This document shows positions 1-9,809 of a DNA stretch of 64,000 nucleotides, piece after piece. The translations under genes and the position numbers were made by a program. Origin of the DNA: an uncultured Nitrospiraceae bacterium (GTDB taxonomy: Bacteria > Nitrospirota > Nitrospiria > Nitrospirales > Nitrospiraceae); NCBI GenBank assembly GCA_963846575.1, contig CAWJWJ010000002.1, forward strand, positions 2,528,001 to 2,592,000. Reading direction: 5' to 3'. A model generated the notes under the pieces. That model saw nothing but the letters and a program-made list of their open reading frames with translations. It was not told the DNA's origin and did no database searches. Numbering within the stretch: position 1 is the first letter of the stretch; every line of letters starts with the position of its first letter.

Positions 1-779
1 TCATAGTCGCCCATCGAGACCCCGCCCGACAGCACAAGAATGTCGGCATTCAAACCCTGCGAGATTTTCTCAGTAAGCGCGGCGGGGGTGTCGCGCGCAA
101 TGCCCAGGAGAATGGGTATCCCCCCGGCTTCCTGCACAGCCGCGGCGATACCATAACTATTCGAGTTGATGATCTTTTCGTCGCTGAACGGCTCATCCAA
201 ATCGGCTAGCTCGTCTCCTGTCGACAGGATCGCGACCCGCGGGCGCTGATACACCAGCACGAAGGATTTTGCCAAAATGGCCAGCATCCCCGCCTCGCCG
301 GAACGAATCTGGGTGCCCTTAGAAATGATGCAGTCGCCTTTTGTGACGTCCTCACCTTGCGGACGGATATTCGACCCGCGAGGTTCCGCTTTAAAAACAC
401 GCACCGAATCAGGGGCATGTTCAGTATCTTCAACCTTGATCACCGTATCAGCCCCATGAGGAATCGGTGCGCCGGTCATGATACGTATCGCCTGCCCAGG
501 CCCGACCGACTTGGTCGGCATCTTCCCGGCCGGCACATCTTCGATGACCGCCAAGGTAACCGGCTTCGAGATCGCATGTTCCTGCGCGAGGTCCTCCGCC
601 CGCACCGCAAAGCCATCCATGGCTGAATTGTCCCACGGCGGATTCGATCGTGCAGCAACGATATCTTCGCCCAGCACGCGGCCCAGGGTATCCAGAATTG
701 AGACTTTCTCAAGCCCCAGCGTGGTCGCAGCTGCCAGCACGATACGCTGCGCCTCGTGGAGCGGGGTCAGTCCGGTCAT
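1..779 (-). CDS. moeA: Molybdopterin molybdotransferase MoeA (gephyrin-like), truncated by the window edge
   Basis: Not in the ORF track; translated by hand from ATG at 779: MTGLTPLHEAQRIVL...LGRVLGEDIVAARSNPPWDNSAMDGFAVR...IMTGAPIP...SGGVSMGDYD, all MoeA motifs. Confidence 0.93.
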   Translation of the reverse strand, partial: MTGLTPLHEAQRIVLAAATTLGLEKVSILDTLGRVLGEDIVAARSNPPWDNSAMDGFAVRAEDLAQEHAISKPVTLAVIEDVPAGKMPTKSVGPGQAIRIMTGAPIPHGADTVIKVEDTEHAPDSVRVFKAEPRGSNIRPQGEDVTKGDCIISKGTQIRSGEAGMLAILAKSFVLVYQRPRVAILSTGDELADLDEPFSDEKIINSNSYGIAAAVQEAGGIPILLGIARDTPAALTEKISQGLNADILVLSGGVSMGDY

Positions 780-810
780 CACATCAGGGGCTTTCACCAA
801 TTCACTCCGA

Positions 811-1767
811 TCAATGTTGCTGACGAGGCGCCACCTTGACCAGCGATCCGCTCTTCTTGCAGAAGGCTTCAACCTGGTTGGCAATGTCATGATAGGACTG
901 GGCAGTTGCCGAATCGGAATTGAACAGGGCAAAAGGCTCCCCCGCATCACTCTGCGTCACCACATCAGGATCCAACGGAATTCGGCCCAGGAACGGAACA
1001 CCCATATCTCCTGCCGAGGCTTCGCCCCCGCCCTTGCGAAACACATCCACCTGCTTATGGCAATGGGGGCATTCGAGTCCGCTCATGTTTTCTACGATTC
1101 CGATGATCGGCACTTCGCTGTCTTTACAAAAGGTGACGGATTTACGGGAATCGAGCAAGGCTACCTCTTGAGGCGTGGTGATGATCACCGCCCCGCTCAC
1201 CCCTCCCAACAAGTCGATAGTCGTGACGGACTCGTTCCCCGTTCCGGGAGGAAGGTCGATCAGCAGGAAATTCAAATCCTGCCATTCCACGCCTCCCAGT
1301 AGCTGATTGATGAACTCGTATTTATAGGCGTCGCGCCAAATAATCGGATCATCGGAATTTTGAAGGAGGAACGACATCGAAGCGATCTTCATATTGTAGG
1401 CCTGGAACGGAATGATGCCGCCCGATGTGCTGATTTTCAGCTTCTGCCCTTCCGCGCCCACCATCTTCGGGATGTTGGGGCCATGGATGTCCATGTCGCA
1501 AATACCGACATGCCATCCTTTAAGGGCAAGGCTGACAGCCAGATTGGTCGTGCAGGTGCTTTTTCCCACGCCGCCTTTGTTGCTCATCACCAGGACTTTA
1601 TATTCGATCCGTTCCATGCGTTTCGCGACGAGCCACCGGCTGTGGCCTTCCTTGTCTTTCTGGCATGTTTCGTTTTCGTCGCAAATGGCGCAGGCCCACA
1701 TGTAGGTGCAAGCATCCCCGCCACTGCTGGAACCAGGCTGTGAGATTACGTTTAACTCGCGTGGCAT
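811..1767 (-). CDS. mrp: Mrp/NBP35 (ApbC) Fe-S cluster carrier ATPase
   Basis: Deviant Walker A NKGGVGKST, D.DIHGP, DLPPGTG, TTPQ, ENMS..CPHC; GAGGAG RBS. Confidence 0.93.
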   Translation of the reverse strand: MPRELNVISQPGSSSGGDACTYMWACAICDENETCQKDKEGHSRWLVAKRMERIEYKVLVMSNKGGVGKSTCTTNLAVSLALKGWHVGICDMDIHGPNIPKMVGAEGQKLKISTSGGIIPFQAYNMKIASMSFLLQNSDDPIIWRDAYKYEFINQLLGGVEWQDLNFLLIDLPPGTGNESVTTIDLLGGVSGAVIITTPQEVALLDSRKSVTFCKDSEVPIIGIVENMSGLECPHCHKQVDVFRKGGGEASAGDMGVPFLGRIPLDPDVVTQSDAGEPFALFNSDSATAQSYHDIANQVEAFCKKSGSLVKVAPRQQH

Positions 1768-1842
1768 CCTAGACTCCTCGTAAAGCGTAAATCGTCATGG
1801 GTGAAAAGAAGACGGCCTCGTGTCGGTACTCCCTCTGTTGCC

Positions 1843-2793
1843 CTATCCACGACGGCCCCCCGTCGGTACACCGACATACTCACTATCTCCCCCGCCTGAT
1901 GGGGCGGGCGGAACGGTCTTGGCAGCCCCTGATGCCGCGGCCGCGGCCGTGACCGGCACGAGTGCTCCGTCAGGAGCCGCGGACTTTTTCTTATTGAAAA
2001 TCCCGGCGCTCACGATCCCGACTTCATAAAAGATGTACATGGGCAAGGCCATCAGGCACTGGTTGAACGGGTCCGGCGTCGGCGTCAGAATAGCGGCAAA
2101 AATAAACGCTGCGAGGAAAGCCCACTTTCGATAACGCTTCAGCAGCGGGGCGTCAACCCATCCCAGTTTGGCGAGAAGCGTAATCACTAAGGGCACTTCG
2201 AATATGAGGCCGAACACCAATAAAAACCACAGCGCGAATCCGACATACTGTGCAATCGATAATTGCGGAATAAAGCCGGCGTTCACGCCATAGGAAATCA
2301 AAAAATTCAGCGCAAAGGGCAGCACGAAGAAGAATGAGAACAACAGTCCGAGATAAAAGGCCAGAGTACTGAGAATAACGAACGGACCGACGAATCTTCG
2401 TTCCTGCGCATGCAGGCCCGGCACGACAAAATGCCAGAATTCGACCAAGATATAGGGAGTTCCCAGGACCAGCGCGAAGAGGCCCGCCACTTTCACGTTT
2501 TGCCAAAGGGCTTCAGCGGGAGCTAGAAACACGAAAGGAACTGTCGGCAAGTCTGTGGGGATCCAGGAGAGGGATCCGGGCACGAACATATTCTGTAACG
2601 GTACCCGGATCCACTTCACCAGCGTATCGGCATAAAAGAACGTGCCGACAAAAATCACTGCCGTCACAATGACAGCCCGCGTCAGCCGGACCTGGAGCTC
2701 CACCAAATGCTCCATGACCGGCATTTTCTTATCTTCGAGCGGCTTGAAGATCGTGTCCTGCAGCCACTCCTGAAGCTTGAACCCGTCAGCCAT
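1843..2793 (-). CDS. tatC: Twin-arginine translocase subunit TatC
   Basis: MPVMEHLVELQVRL, F..PGL...E, FEVPL, AAILTPTPDP motifs; about 6 TM segments. Confidence 0.95.
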   Translation of the reverse strand: MADGFKLQEWLQDTIFKPLEDKKMPVMEHLVELQVRLTRAVIVTAVIFVGTFFYADTLVKWIRVPLQNMFVPGSLSWIPTDLPTVPFVFLAPAEALWQNVKVAGLFALVLGTPYILVEFWHFVVPGLHAQERRFVGPFVILSTLAFYLGLLFSFFFVLPFALNFLISYGVNAGFIPQLSIAQYVGFALWFLLVFGLIFEVPLVITLLAKLGWVDAPLLKRYRKWAFLAAFIFAAILTPTPDPFNQCLMALPMYIFYEVGIVSAGIFNKKKSAAPDGALVPVTAAAAASGAAKTVPPAPSGGGDSEYVGVPTGGRRG

Positions 2794-2892
2794 GAGTATC
2801 CACGAAACTGGTGAGTCGTTGATCCGGTGCTTTGGTCATAGTTCCATCCAACAACCGGTCATACACTCAACAAATCACGTCCCCACCAATTT

Positions 2893-4422
2893 CTACTTCG
2901 GGTTGACGGCGACAAACAGATTGTTCCCTTGCCGGCTGAGCAAGAGCACCACCATTTCGTCCTTCTTTACCTTGGCCGAGGCCTTTTGATAATCCTCGAG
3001 GCTCTTGACCACCTCATGGTTGACCTCTTGGATGACGTCGCCCCGTTGCAGCCCAGCCGACTCGGCCGCGCTGCCCGCTTCCACGGAACTCACCACCACC
3101 CCGCTGGTCTTTGAAGGAATATTCAGCTGGCTCTGCATCGCCGCATCCAGCATCTGCACCCGAAGTGATGCAAGGACATTATCAGGTGGTTTCACTGTCT
3201 CGGCCGGGGGGCTCGCCGGACCCGGCTCGCGTTTGGCAAGCACCTCGTCCGACGGTCGTTCCGCGACCTTGACTTTCAAAACCTGCTCTTTTCCCTCGCG
3301 CAAGATCTTGATGTCCGCATCTTTTCCTACCGTTGTGCGCGCGACCAGGTTCCGCAATTGGCTGACACTCTGGACCTCTTTACCATTGAACGCGACTACG
3401 ACATCGCCGCGTCGCATCCCTGCCGCATGTGAGGGTCCGTTCTCATTCACGTCGCTGATCAACACACCCTTCCGTTGTTCCGGCAGTTTGAAAGACTTGG
3501 CAAGTGCAGGGGTGATCTCCTGAATCGCCACGCCCATCCAGCCCCGGACCACTTTGCCGGTCTTGGTCAGACTGTCGACGATGTCAGTTGCAATGCTGCT
3601 CGGGATCGCAAAGCCGATGCCTTCAGACCCGCCGGTTCGCGAGAAAATAGCCGTATTGATGCCGATCAACTTTCCCTGCATATTGACCAGTGCGCCGCCT
3701 GAATTCCCGGGATTGATGGCGGCATCGGTCTGAATGAAGTCTTCGTAGTCGGCGATTCCCACATTGCCTCGGCCTAAGGCGCTGATGATGCCAAGGGTGA
3801 CGGTTGAGCTGAGGCCGAAAGGGCTCCCAACTGCCAGGACGACGTCCCCGACCTGTAACTCGTCATAATCCGCCCACTTCATCGACGTGAGATCTTTTGC
3901 TTCGATCTTAATAATGGCCAAATCCGTCTTGGGATCCGTACCGACGATCTTGGCGGGAAATTCACGACGGTCGGACAGCGTCACGGTGATCTGAGTCGCG
4001 CCTTCGACCACATGATTGTTCGTTACAATGTACCCATTGGAATCCAACACGACTCCGGAGCCGGCGCTCTGATCCGGACGATGCGGACCGCCACCCGGAG
4101 GTCCAGGAGGCGCACCCGGAGGGCCCGGCGGTTCCATGCCGGGAGGTTCATCCCCGCCCGGGGGTGGTCCACCGAAGGGGCCTGGAGGAATCTGACGGCG
4201 TCCTTCGCGACGAGTCTCGCCTCCGCCCGTCACTGCGATGTTCACGACCGCAGGCGTCACGGCCTTGACGATCTCCGAGAAGCCCTGGGCGAATGCCGGG
4301 GGCACACCTGCCGCCTCAGCCTGGTAGTCGGTCTGTAATCCGCCGACGATGAGCAGGGCAGCAATCATTGTGATCGCTACGAGTACGGACAGCACCTTAC
4401 TGCGCGGATCTCGATACACCAT
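2893..4422 (-). CDS. DegP/DegQ (Do-family) periplasmic serine protease with two PDZ domains
   Basis: TNNHVV, DLA, IQTDAAINPGNSGGAL catalytic motifs; two PDZ regions; start chosen at ATG 4422 behind GGAGGAG. Confidence 0.93.
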   Translation of the reverse strand: MVYRDPRSKVLSVLVAITMIAALLIVGGLQTDYQAEAAGVPPAFAQGFSEIVKAVTPAVVNIAVTGGGETRREGRRQIPPGPFGGPPPGGDEPPGMEPPGPPGAPPGPPGGGPHRPDQSAGSGVVLDSNGYIVTNNHVVEGATQITVTLSDRREFPAKIVGTDPKTDLAIIKIEAKDLTSMKWADYDELQVGDVVLAVGSPFGLSSTVTLGIISALGRGNVGIADYEDFIQTDAAINPGNSGGALVNMQGKLIGINTAIFSRTGGSEGIGFAIPSSIATDIVDSLTKTGKVVRGWMGVAIQEITPALAKSFKLPEQRKGVLISDVNENGPSHAAGMRRGDVVVAFNGKEVQSVSQLRNLVARTTVGKDADIKILREGKEQVLKVKVAERPSDEVLAKREPGPASPPAETVKPPDNVLASLRVQMLDAAMQSQLNIPSKTSGVVVSSVEAGSAAESAGLQRGDVIQEVNHEVVKSLEDYQKASAKVKKDEMVVLLLSRQGNNLFVAVNPK

Positions 4423-4583
4423 GTGTACTCCTCCGGATGCCAAAAAAATGAGGGAACTCACTCCTCCTCGATCGATGAACGTGTCATTCTACACTATTCG
4501 TAAAGTCGCCTTCAAAGAGGAAAGTAGAACCGGATACAGTCCGGCTGTTGTAGCCATCTGGGCTTGGTGGTGTCTAAACAACC

Positions 4584-5360
4584 TCATCGATGCGCAGACG
4601 TTGCAGCCATGTCAAGATCGCGCTGGATGACCCAGGCCCGCTGCAGGTTGCCGGCCAATCGCCTGGCCGCTTGCTCCATCGACACCACGCGGAGAGTGAG
4701 TGGGGCTCCATCGAAGCTCGGTGGCCAAAGGCGACGCTCTGGGTCCTGCGGCCGCAAATAAATCACGGGGTACCATTGATTGATCCCGGGGGCCATTGGA
4801 CTGTCCAGCGTCGCCATACCCCGCCCCTCGGCCCGGAGAAGGGAATGACCCGTACTGACGTCGATCAACGCCGCCTCGGCGAGAGACCAGTTATCACGCC
4901 GGAATCCAGGCTGGTTGTGGGTCGTCCACCCTAAGAACAGCGACACTGGATATTGTTGCTCGGTACTCGACAGAACAACAACGACGAGATAGTCAACTCC
5001 CTGCTGCTGGGCGATCTTGGTCCAGTTGGGAACTGTCCCTGCCGGAACCTCGCCCAAATTCATCGCATGTTCAATGACAATAGGAAAACCCTGGTTGATT
5101 TGTTCACGCAGCCTCTGGGCAATTCCATCCTGCGCCGCCTCGGGAATTCCAGGAGCAGCGTCGTCAGCCGAGTTGTCTGCTAACACGATGAGCGCCGCTC
5201 GAACCGGACGGGTACTTGGAAGTTGTAGCTCCCTGTCATCAGCGGATGAAACAAGCGGGACATATTGCCCTAATCGACTGGGAGGACTGGCCGACGCGCA
5301 TCCCATCAGGAGCGCACCCACCAGAAACGCCACACCTGCTCGCCCCTTCCCCATCGCCAA
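4584..5360 (-). CDS. Hypothetical lipoprotein (possibly CsgG/TolB-N-like fold)
   Basis: 258 aa ORF with lipobox LLMG-C; fold is inferred only from the pattern GVDYLVVV...AALIDVSTG..L.RAEG. Confidence 0.65.
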   Translation of the reverse strand: MAMGKGRAGVAFLVGALLMGCASASPPSRLGQYVPLVSSADDRELQLPSTRPVRAALIVLADNSADDAAPGIPEAAQDGIAQRLREQINQGFPIVIEHAMNLGEVPAGTVPNWTKIAQQQGVDYLVVVVLSSTEQQYPVSLFLGWTTHNQPGFRRDNWSLAEAALIDVSTGHSLLRAEGRGMATLDSPMAPGINQWYPVIYLRPQDPERRLWPPSFDGAPLTLRVVSMEQAARRLAGNLQRAWVIQRDLDMAATSAHR

Positions 5361-5547
5361 TTCTCTCTAGATCCTTACCGAGGCTTAAAGGGTTTTCCCA
5401 TCAATACGATCACCTCCACCTGACGTTTCTGTCAAGGCCCCGAGAGCTTCCGCTTGCAATTCCACAGCCGGTCAGATACCGTTATCCACCATTCGTTCGA
5501 ACTGAACGAATCGGTCGCAGCACCTTCCGACACGAGGCTGTCCAGAC

Positions 5548-6360
5548 GTGACACCGTGCTCGACTCAAGCACCCTTCCTCTCAATTATCGTTCCAGCCTA
5601 TAACGAGGCTTGCCGACTTCCTCCTTTTCTACAAAGCACCCTGGCTTATCTGAACCGTCGTCGTCTCTCGCATGAAATTCTCGTGGTGGACGATGGCAGT
5701 AAAGACCAGACGGCACGAGCCGTTGAACAGCTCGCGCAACAGTTTCCCGCTGTACGGCTCCTGCAATTGCGCTGTAATACCGGCAAAGGGGCAGCGGTCC
5801 GGCGCGGCATGCAGGCGGCATGCGGAACACTCCAACTGTTTACGGATGCCGATGGAGCAACACCCATTGAAGAACTCGCGCGCCTGGAAGCTGCCCTTGC
5901 CGATGGGGCGGATCTCGCCATCGGATCTCGGGCGCTCGCGACTCGCGATGCGCGTTACACCGTGCATGCGCGGTGGTATCGCAGTGTATTGGGCACCATC
6001 TTCAACGGCATTGTGCAACGCCTGGGCCTTCGTCACATCGCGGACACCCAATGCGGGTTCAAGTTATTCCGCCGATCGGTGGCCCGAGATCTCTTTTCGG
6101 TGACCTGCGTCGACGGCTACGCCTTCGATCTCGAATTACTCTACATCGCCCGGCAACGTGGCTATCGCATCGCAGAGGTCCCCGTCAATTGGACGGATCA
6201 GCCCGGGTCCAAGGTTCGTCCCTGGCGGGATGGATTCGTCATGCTCCGGGAGTTGTGTGCCATCCGCAAGCGAGAGGCCCAGGGCCACTACCTGTCCCGC
6301 GCCAGATTGGCCCCCAACAATGTCGAACCGGCATTGACCTCCGAACCTACCCATTTCTAA
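5548..6360 (+). CDS. GT2 polyprenyl-phosphate (dolichyl-phosphate-type) glycosyltransferase
   Basis: SIIVPAYNE, VVDDGSKD, GKGAAV, DADG, DTQCGFKLF, FDLELL motifs. Confidence 0.9.
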   Translation: MTPCSTQAPFLSIIVPAYNEACRLPPFLQSTLAYLNRRRLSHEILVVDDGSKDQTARAVEQLAQQFPAVRLLQLRCNTGKGAAVRRGMQAACGTLQLFTDADGATPIEELARLEAALADGADLAIGSRALATRDARYTVHARWYRSVLGTIFNGIVQRLGLRHIADTQCGFKLFRRSVARDLFSVTCVDGYAFDLELLYIARQRGYRIAEVPVNWTDQPGSKVRPWRDGFVMLRELCAIRKREAQGHYLSRARLAPNNVEPALTSEPTHF

Positions 6361-6377
6361 CGATCACAGCCGTTCCC

Positions 6378-7922
6378 TTAGACCGATCGGCGAAGAATCA
6401 CCACTTTGGCATCGGTGTAAATGGTCCTCCAGGCAGGATGCCCATCCAGAGCCAGTGCCAATGTGCTTCCACGCGGGATCAGTGCCCAGTCGACCCCATA
6501 GCGATCCAAAATCGCCAGTTCCGGCTTTCCGCTTCGATTCAGGTTCATGTAATCCTGAAAGATGCGACGATCCCCGATCCGCCAGCCCGGCATGCGACCA
6601 TCGATAAAAATTTTCTCGCCGGGAAGCTGCCACAGAAGGAAGCCTCCATAGGCATAGTCATTGTAGAGCCGGGACCCCGCCTGTTCCCGATGATCGCGAA
6701 TCCACCGCACCGCCTCGATCGGATAATCGGTCTGTGTGAAATAGTCCTCCACAGCCGTTCCCGACTGCCACACATGAAGCACATGTTCGGGACCCAATCG
6801 ACCAAGAGCGGTCGACGTCAGCCCGATCAACACAAGAACAAGCATGTCCGAGGCGGCTCTGAGAAACGGTACCCGCTGAAGGACTGACGTCACAGCCAGC
6901 GCGAGAAGTTCCGCCGCCAACGGCAGGCTGACAACAAGGAACAGCGTGACATTGCGCCAATGCACCAGTGACAGCGCCAGCATGCTGACGAGCATCATCC
7001 AACGAACCGGCTCCACCCGTCGATACCATCCGATCACCAGGCCGGCGAGGCCGGTGAGATACAGGCCGTAGGTACGGCCTGCCCAGCCCTGAAAGGAGAC
7101 CGGCTGCCATTCACGCAGCGTCTCGATCATGAAACGGTCCGTCAGGGACTCGTAAATTTCGCTAAACAGTCTCCACCCATAGGGATTGAGGCAGGTGACC
7201 GCCAGGGCGATTCCCAGCACGAGTAGACAATGACGAAGGTCCCTCCAACTCAAGACTGGCTCTTCGCACCAGGCGCCAAGGAAGGGCCACCGATCCAGGC
7301 ACAGCCGTTCCAGGAGACTCCCTCCTACCATCACTCCAAAAAGAAAGAGGCCCGCCGTAAACCCTCCGTGCAGATTGGCCCAGAGCAAAAAAAATGGGGG
7401 AAGCATCCACATCCACGGGCGGCCGCGTTCTTGAATTTTCCGCCACAGCCACAGCAGGATCGCTACGCCAAGCAGACTGATCAGTTGCGTGCGAGCCCCG
7501 AGAAAGGGCAATGCCACCCACAAGCTCGCCACCATGACAATCAGTCGATAGGTCCGCGCTACTGCGGCCTGATCGGCCGCCACCCACCAGGCCAGAGCCG
7601 TCACGAGCCCGAAGAACACAATAAGTCCGAGTGCGCCGAAGGATCCCAGCGCGCGATACACCAGGGCCAACACTCCATCAGTCAACCAGGCATGTTCGAC
7701 CCACCGCCAATCCGGCATCGTATGCGAATAGGGATCGGTGTCCGGCAAGACCCATCCGTTGGCGAGCAAGTCCAAACCGGCTCGAAGGTGCCATCCTAAA
7801 TCCGGCTCGACGAGCGGTTGGAAGGTGAGGTTCAGGACAAAAACAAGCAGGAGGCAGTCAAAGAGCGAGTGGATAAACCGGTGAAAAGTAGAGACTGGCC
7901 TCCAAATGGCATCAGCCTTCAT
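6378..7922 (-). CDS. Polytopic membrane protein, putative GT-C-fold glycosyltransferase
   Basis: About 10-12 TM segments; acidic first loop EPDLGWHL..G...DPYS; LWANLHGGF, NPYG, EWQP, IFIDGR motifs; function is inference. Confidence 0.6.
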   Translation of the reverse strand: MKADAIWRPVSTFHRFIHSLFDCLLLVFVLNLTFQPLVEPDLGWHLRAGLDLLANGWVLPDTDPYSHTMPDWRWVEHAWLTDGVLALVYRALGSFGALGLIVFFGLVTALAWWVAADQAAVARTYRLIVMVASLWVALPFLGARTQLISLLGVAILLWLWRKIQERGRPWMWMLPPFFLLWANLHGGFTAGLFLFGVMVGGSLLERLCLDRWPFLGAWCEEPVLSWRDLRHCLLVLGIALAVTCLNPYGWRLFSEIYESLTDRFMIETLREWQPVSFQGWAGRTYGLYLTGLAGLVIGWYRRVEPVRWMMLVSMLALSLVHWRNVTLFLVVSLPLAAELLALAVTSVLQRVPFLRAASDMLVLVLIGLTSTALGRLGPEHVLHVWQSGTAVEDYFTQTDYPIEAVRWIRDHREQAGSRLYNDYAYGGFLLWQLPGEKIFIDGRMPGWRIGDRRIFQDYMNLNRSGKPELAILDRYGVDWALIPRGSTLALALDGHPAWRTIYTDAKVVILRRSV

Positions 7923-9645
7923 TGACGGATGCAGCCCCTCGGGAGGATTGTTTCACGAGCAGATTGCCCAGAACTAACCACTCCACCCGGGTACGTAGGA
8001 AGCACTGCACGGCCTCGTCGGGGGTGCAGACGATTGGCTCCTGAACGTTAAAGGAGGTATTCAGCAGCACCGGGACACCGGTCAGACGACCGAATGCGGT
8101 CAGGAGCTCGTAGAATCGTGGATTGGCCTCTCGCGTGACTGTCTGCACGCGCGCCGTCCCATCGACATGCGTCACGGCCGGAATCACCCCTTTGGCGGAC
8201 GCCTTCACAGGCACCGTAAACTGCATGAAGGGAGACGGGGCCGGCAGATCAAAATAATCCCGGGCCCGTTCTTCGATCACCGACGGCGCGAAGGGACGAA
8301 ACGCTTCCCGGCACTTGACCTTGCTATTGATCAGCTCTCGCATGTCCTCACGTCGAGGATCCGCCAGAAGGCTACGGTTTCCCAAGGCCCTGGGCCCCCA
8401 CTCCATTCGACCCTGGTACCAGAACACCAGGCGTCCTCGCGTCAGCTCGAGAGCAACCCGTTCGTACAGTTGAGGATCCGTCAGGTGCTCTGCCATTAAA
8501 CCCTCCCGCTCAAGCGCCAGGCGGCAGAGATTCTCGTCGAACTCAGGTCCCAGGTAGGCGGAGGGCAGGTGGGTTCTCGCACTGCCCCCTCCCCGTCTGG
8601 CTGACCACCATAAGGCCGCGCCGAGGGCCGCGCCCGAGTCTCCGGCAGCTGGAGGCACATACACATCCTGGAATCCGAGTTCAGCGCGCAGGCGACCATT
8701 GGCCACACAATTGTAGGCGACGCCCCCGGCAAGACAGAGAGACATTGCCCCCGTGAGAGATCGCACATGCCGACCGAGGTGCAACAACACGTCCTCAAGC
8801 ACCATTTGCGTGCTCGCCGCCAGATCACGGTGTCGCTGCGTGATGTCCTCCGATGAATGCCTGGGTGGGCCGAACAGGCGAACGAATTCCGGCATGAACA
8901 GACCAACTCTTGCGAGGTGGAAATCAAGGAGGCGAAAGTTCAATTCGAAGCGCCCTTGTGGAAGGAGTCGCATAATCTGCTGACGGAGGGTCTCAGCAAA
9001 GGTCGGCTCGCCGGACGCCGCCAACCCCATGACGATATATTCATCCTGGTCCGGGCGGAAGCCCAGAAAGGCCGTCATCGCCGCATAAAACTGCCCCAAG
9101 GAATGCGGAAGCGGGGTGCGGTCGAGCACGGTAATCTGAGCGCCGTCTCCCATCGCAATCAGCGTAGTATCCGCTTCCGAGGCGCCATCGACCACCAGGA
9201 TCGCAGACCGTTCGAAAGGCGAAACCAGGAAGGAACTGGCTGCATGGCAAAGATGGTGGTCGAGAAAAACAGGGCGCCGACCCACTGCAGCCACTCGTCG
9301 CGTTAACTCCCGCCGCAGAAAGAATAATTCTCTCCATTCCTGGCTGACACGCTCCAAGGACCGCGTCCCCTTCACACGGAACAGTTGTGGAGACCGTATC
9401 ATGGCCCCTAACGCGAGCCCGATGCGCCGTCCGACCATCCAGTACTTCCACGGGACGGCAATGGCCTCAACATCGCGAAGAGCGACACCGGCCTCTCGCA
9501 AGCAATACCCAATCGCGTGGACCGGCAGGGCAGTGACATGCTTCTGCCGGACAAACCGTTCTTCCTCCGCAGCCGCCAGAATTCGGCCATTAAACACCAG
9601 GGCCGCCGCCGCATCTCGCATATTGGAGAGTCCTAACACCAACAC
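7912..9645 (-). CDS. Carbamoyltransferase, NodU/CmcH family
   Basis: AAEEERF.R.KH, HHLCHAAS, MGLA, AGGVAYNC..NG, GRMEWGPRALGNRS, FRPFAP, HVDGTARVQTV, NTSFN. Confidence 0.93.
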   Translation of the reverse strand: MLVLGLSNMRDAAAALVFNGRILAAAEEERFVRQKHVTALPVHAIGYCLREAGVALRDVEAIAVPWKYWMVGRRIGLALGAMIRSPQLFRVKGTRSLERVSQEWRELFFLRRELTRRVAAVGRRPVFLDHHLCHAASSFLVSPFERSAILVVDGASEADTTLIAMGDGAQITVLDRTPLPHSLGQFYAAMTAFLGFRPDQDEYIVMGLAASGEPTFAETLRQQIMRLLPQGRFELNFRLLDFHLARVGLFMPEFVRLFGPPRHSSEDITQRHRDLAASTQMVLEDVLLHLGRHVRSLTGAMSLCLAGGVAYNCVANGRLRAELGFQDVYVPPAAGDSGAALGAALWWSARRGGGSARTHLPSAYLGPEFDENLCRLALEREGLMAEHLTDPQLYERVALELTRGRLVFWYQGRMEWGPRALGNRSLLADPRREDMRELINSKVKCREAFRPFAPSVIEERARDYFDLPAPSPFMQFTVPVKASAKGVIPAVTHVDGTARVQTVTREANPRFYELLTAFGRLTGVPVLLNTSFNVQEPIVCTPDEAVQCFLRTRVEWLVLGNLLVKQSSRGAASVNEG

Positions 9646-9809
9646 GATGCCTCAATGCTCCCGGTGGTTACTCTCCGTCCAAGCGTACGGCCGGTAGGAT
9701 AAACGAGCCCCACGACGGTCGCAACCGGCCGCAGGACTGCGGTTGCAATGCCCTCTCCATTCCTGTACCGTTCCCCATTCAAAATCTGCCCCAAAGAGGA
9801 GGCCTCTGC

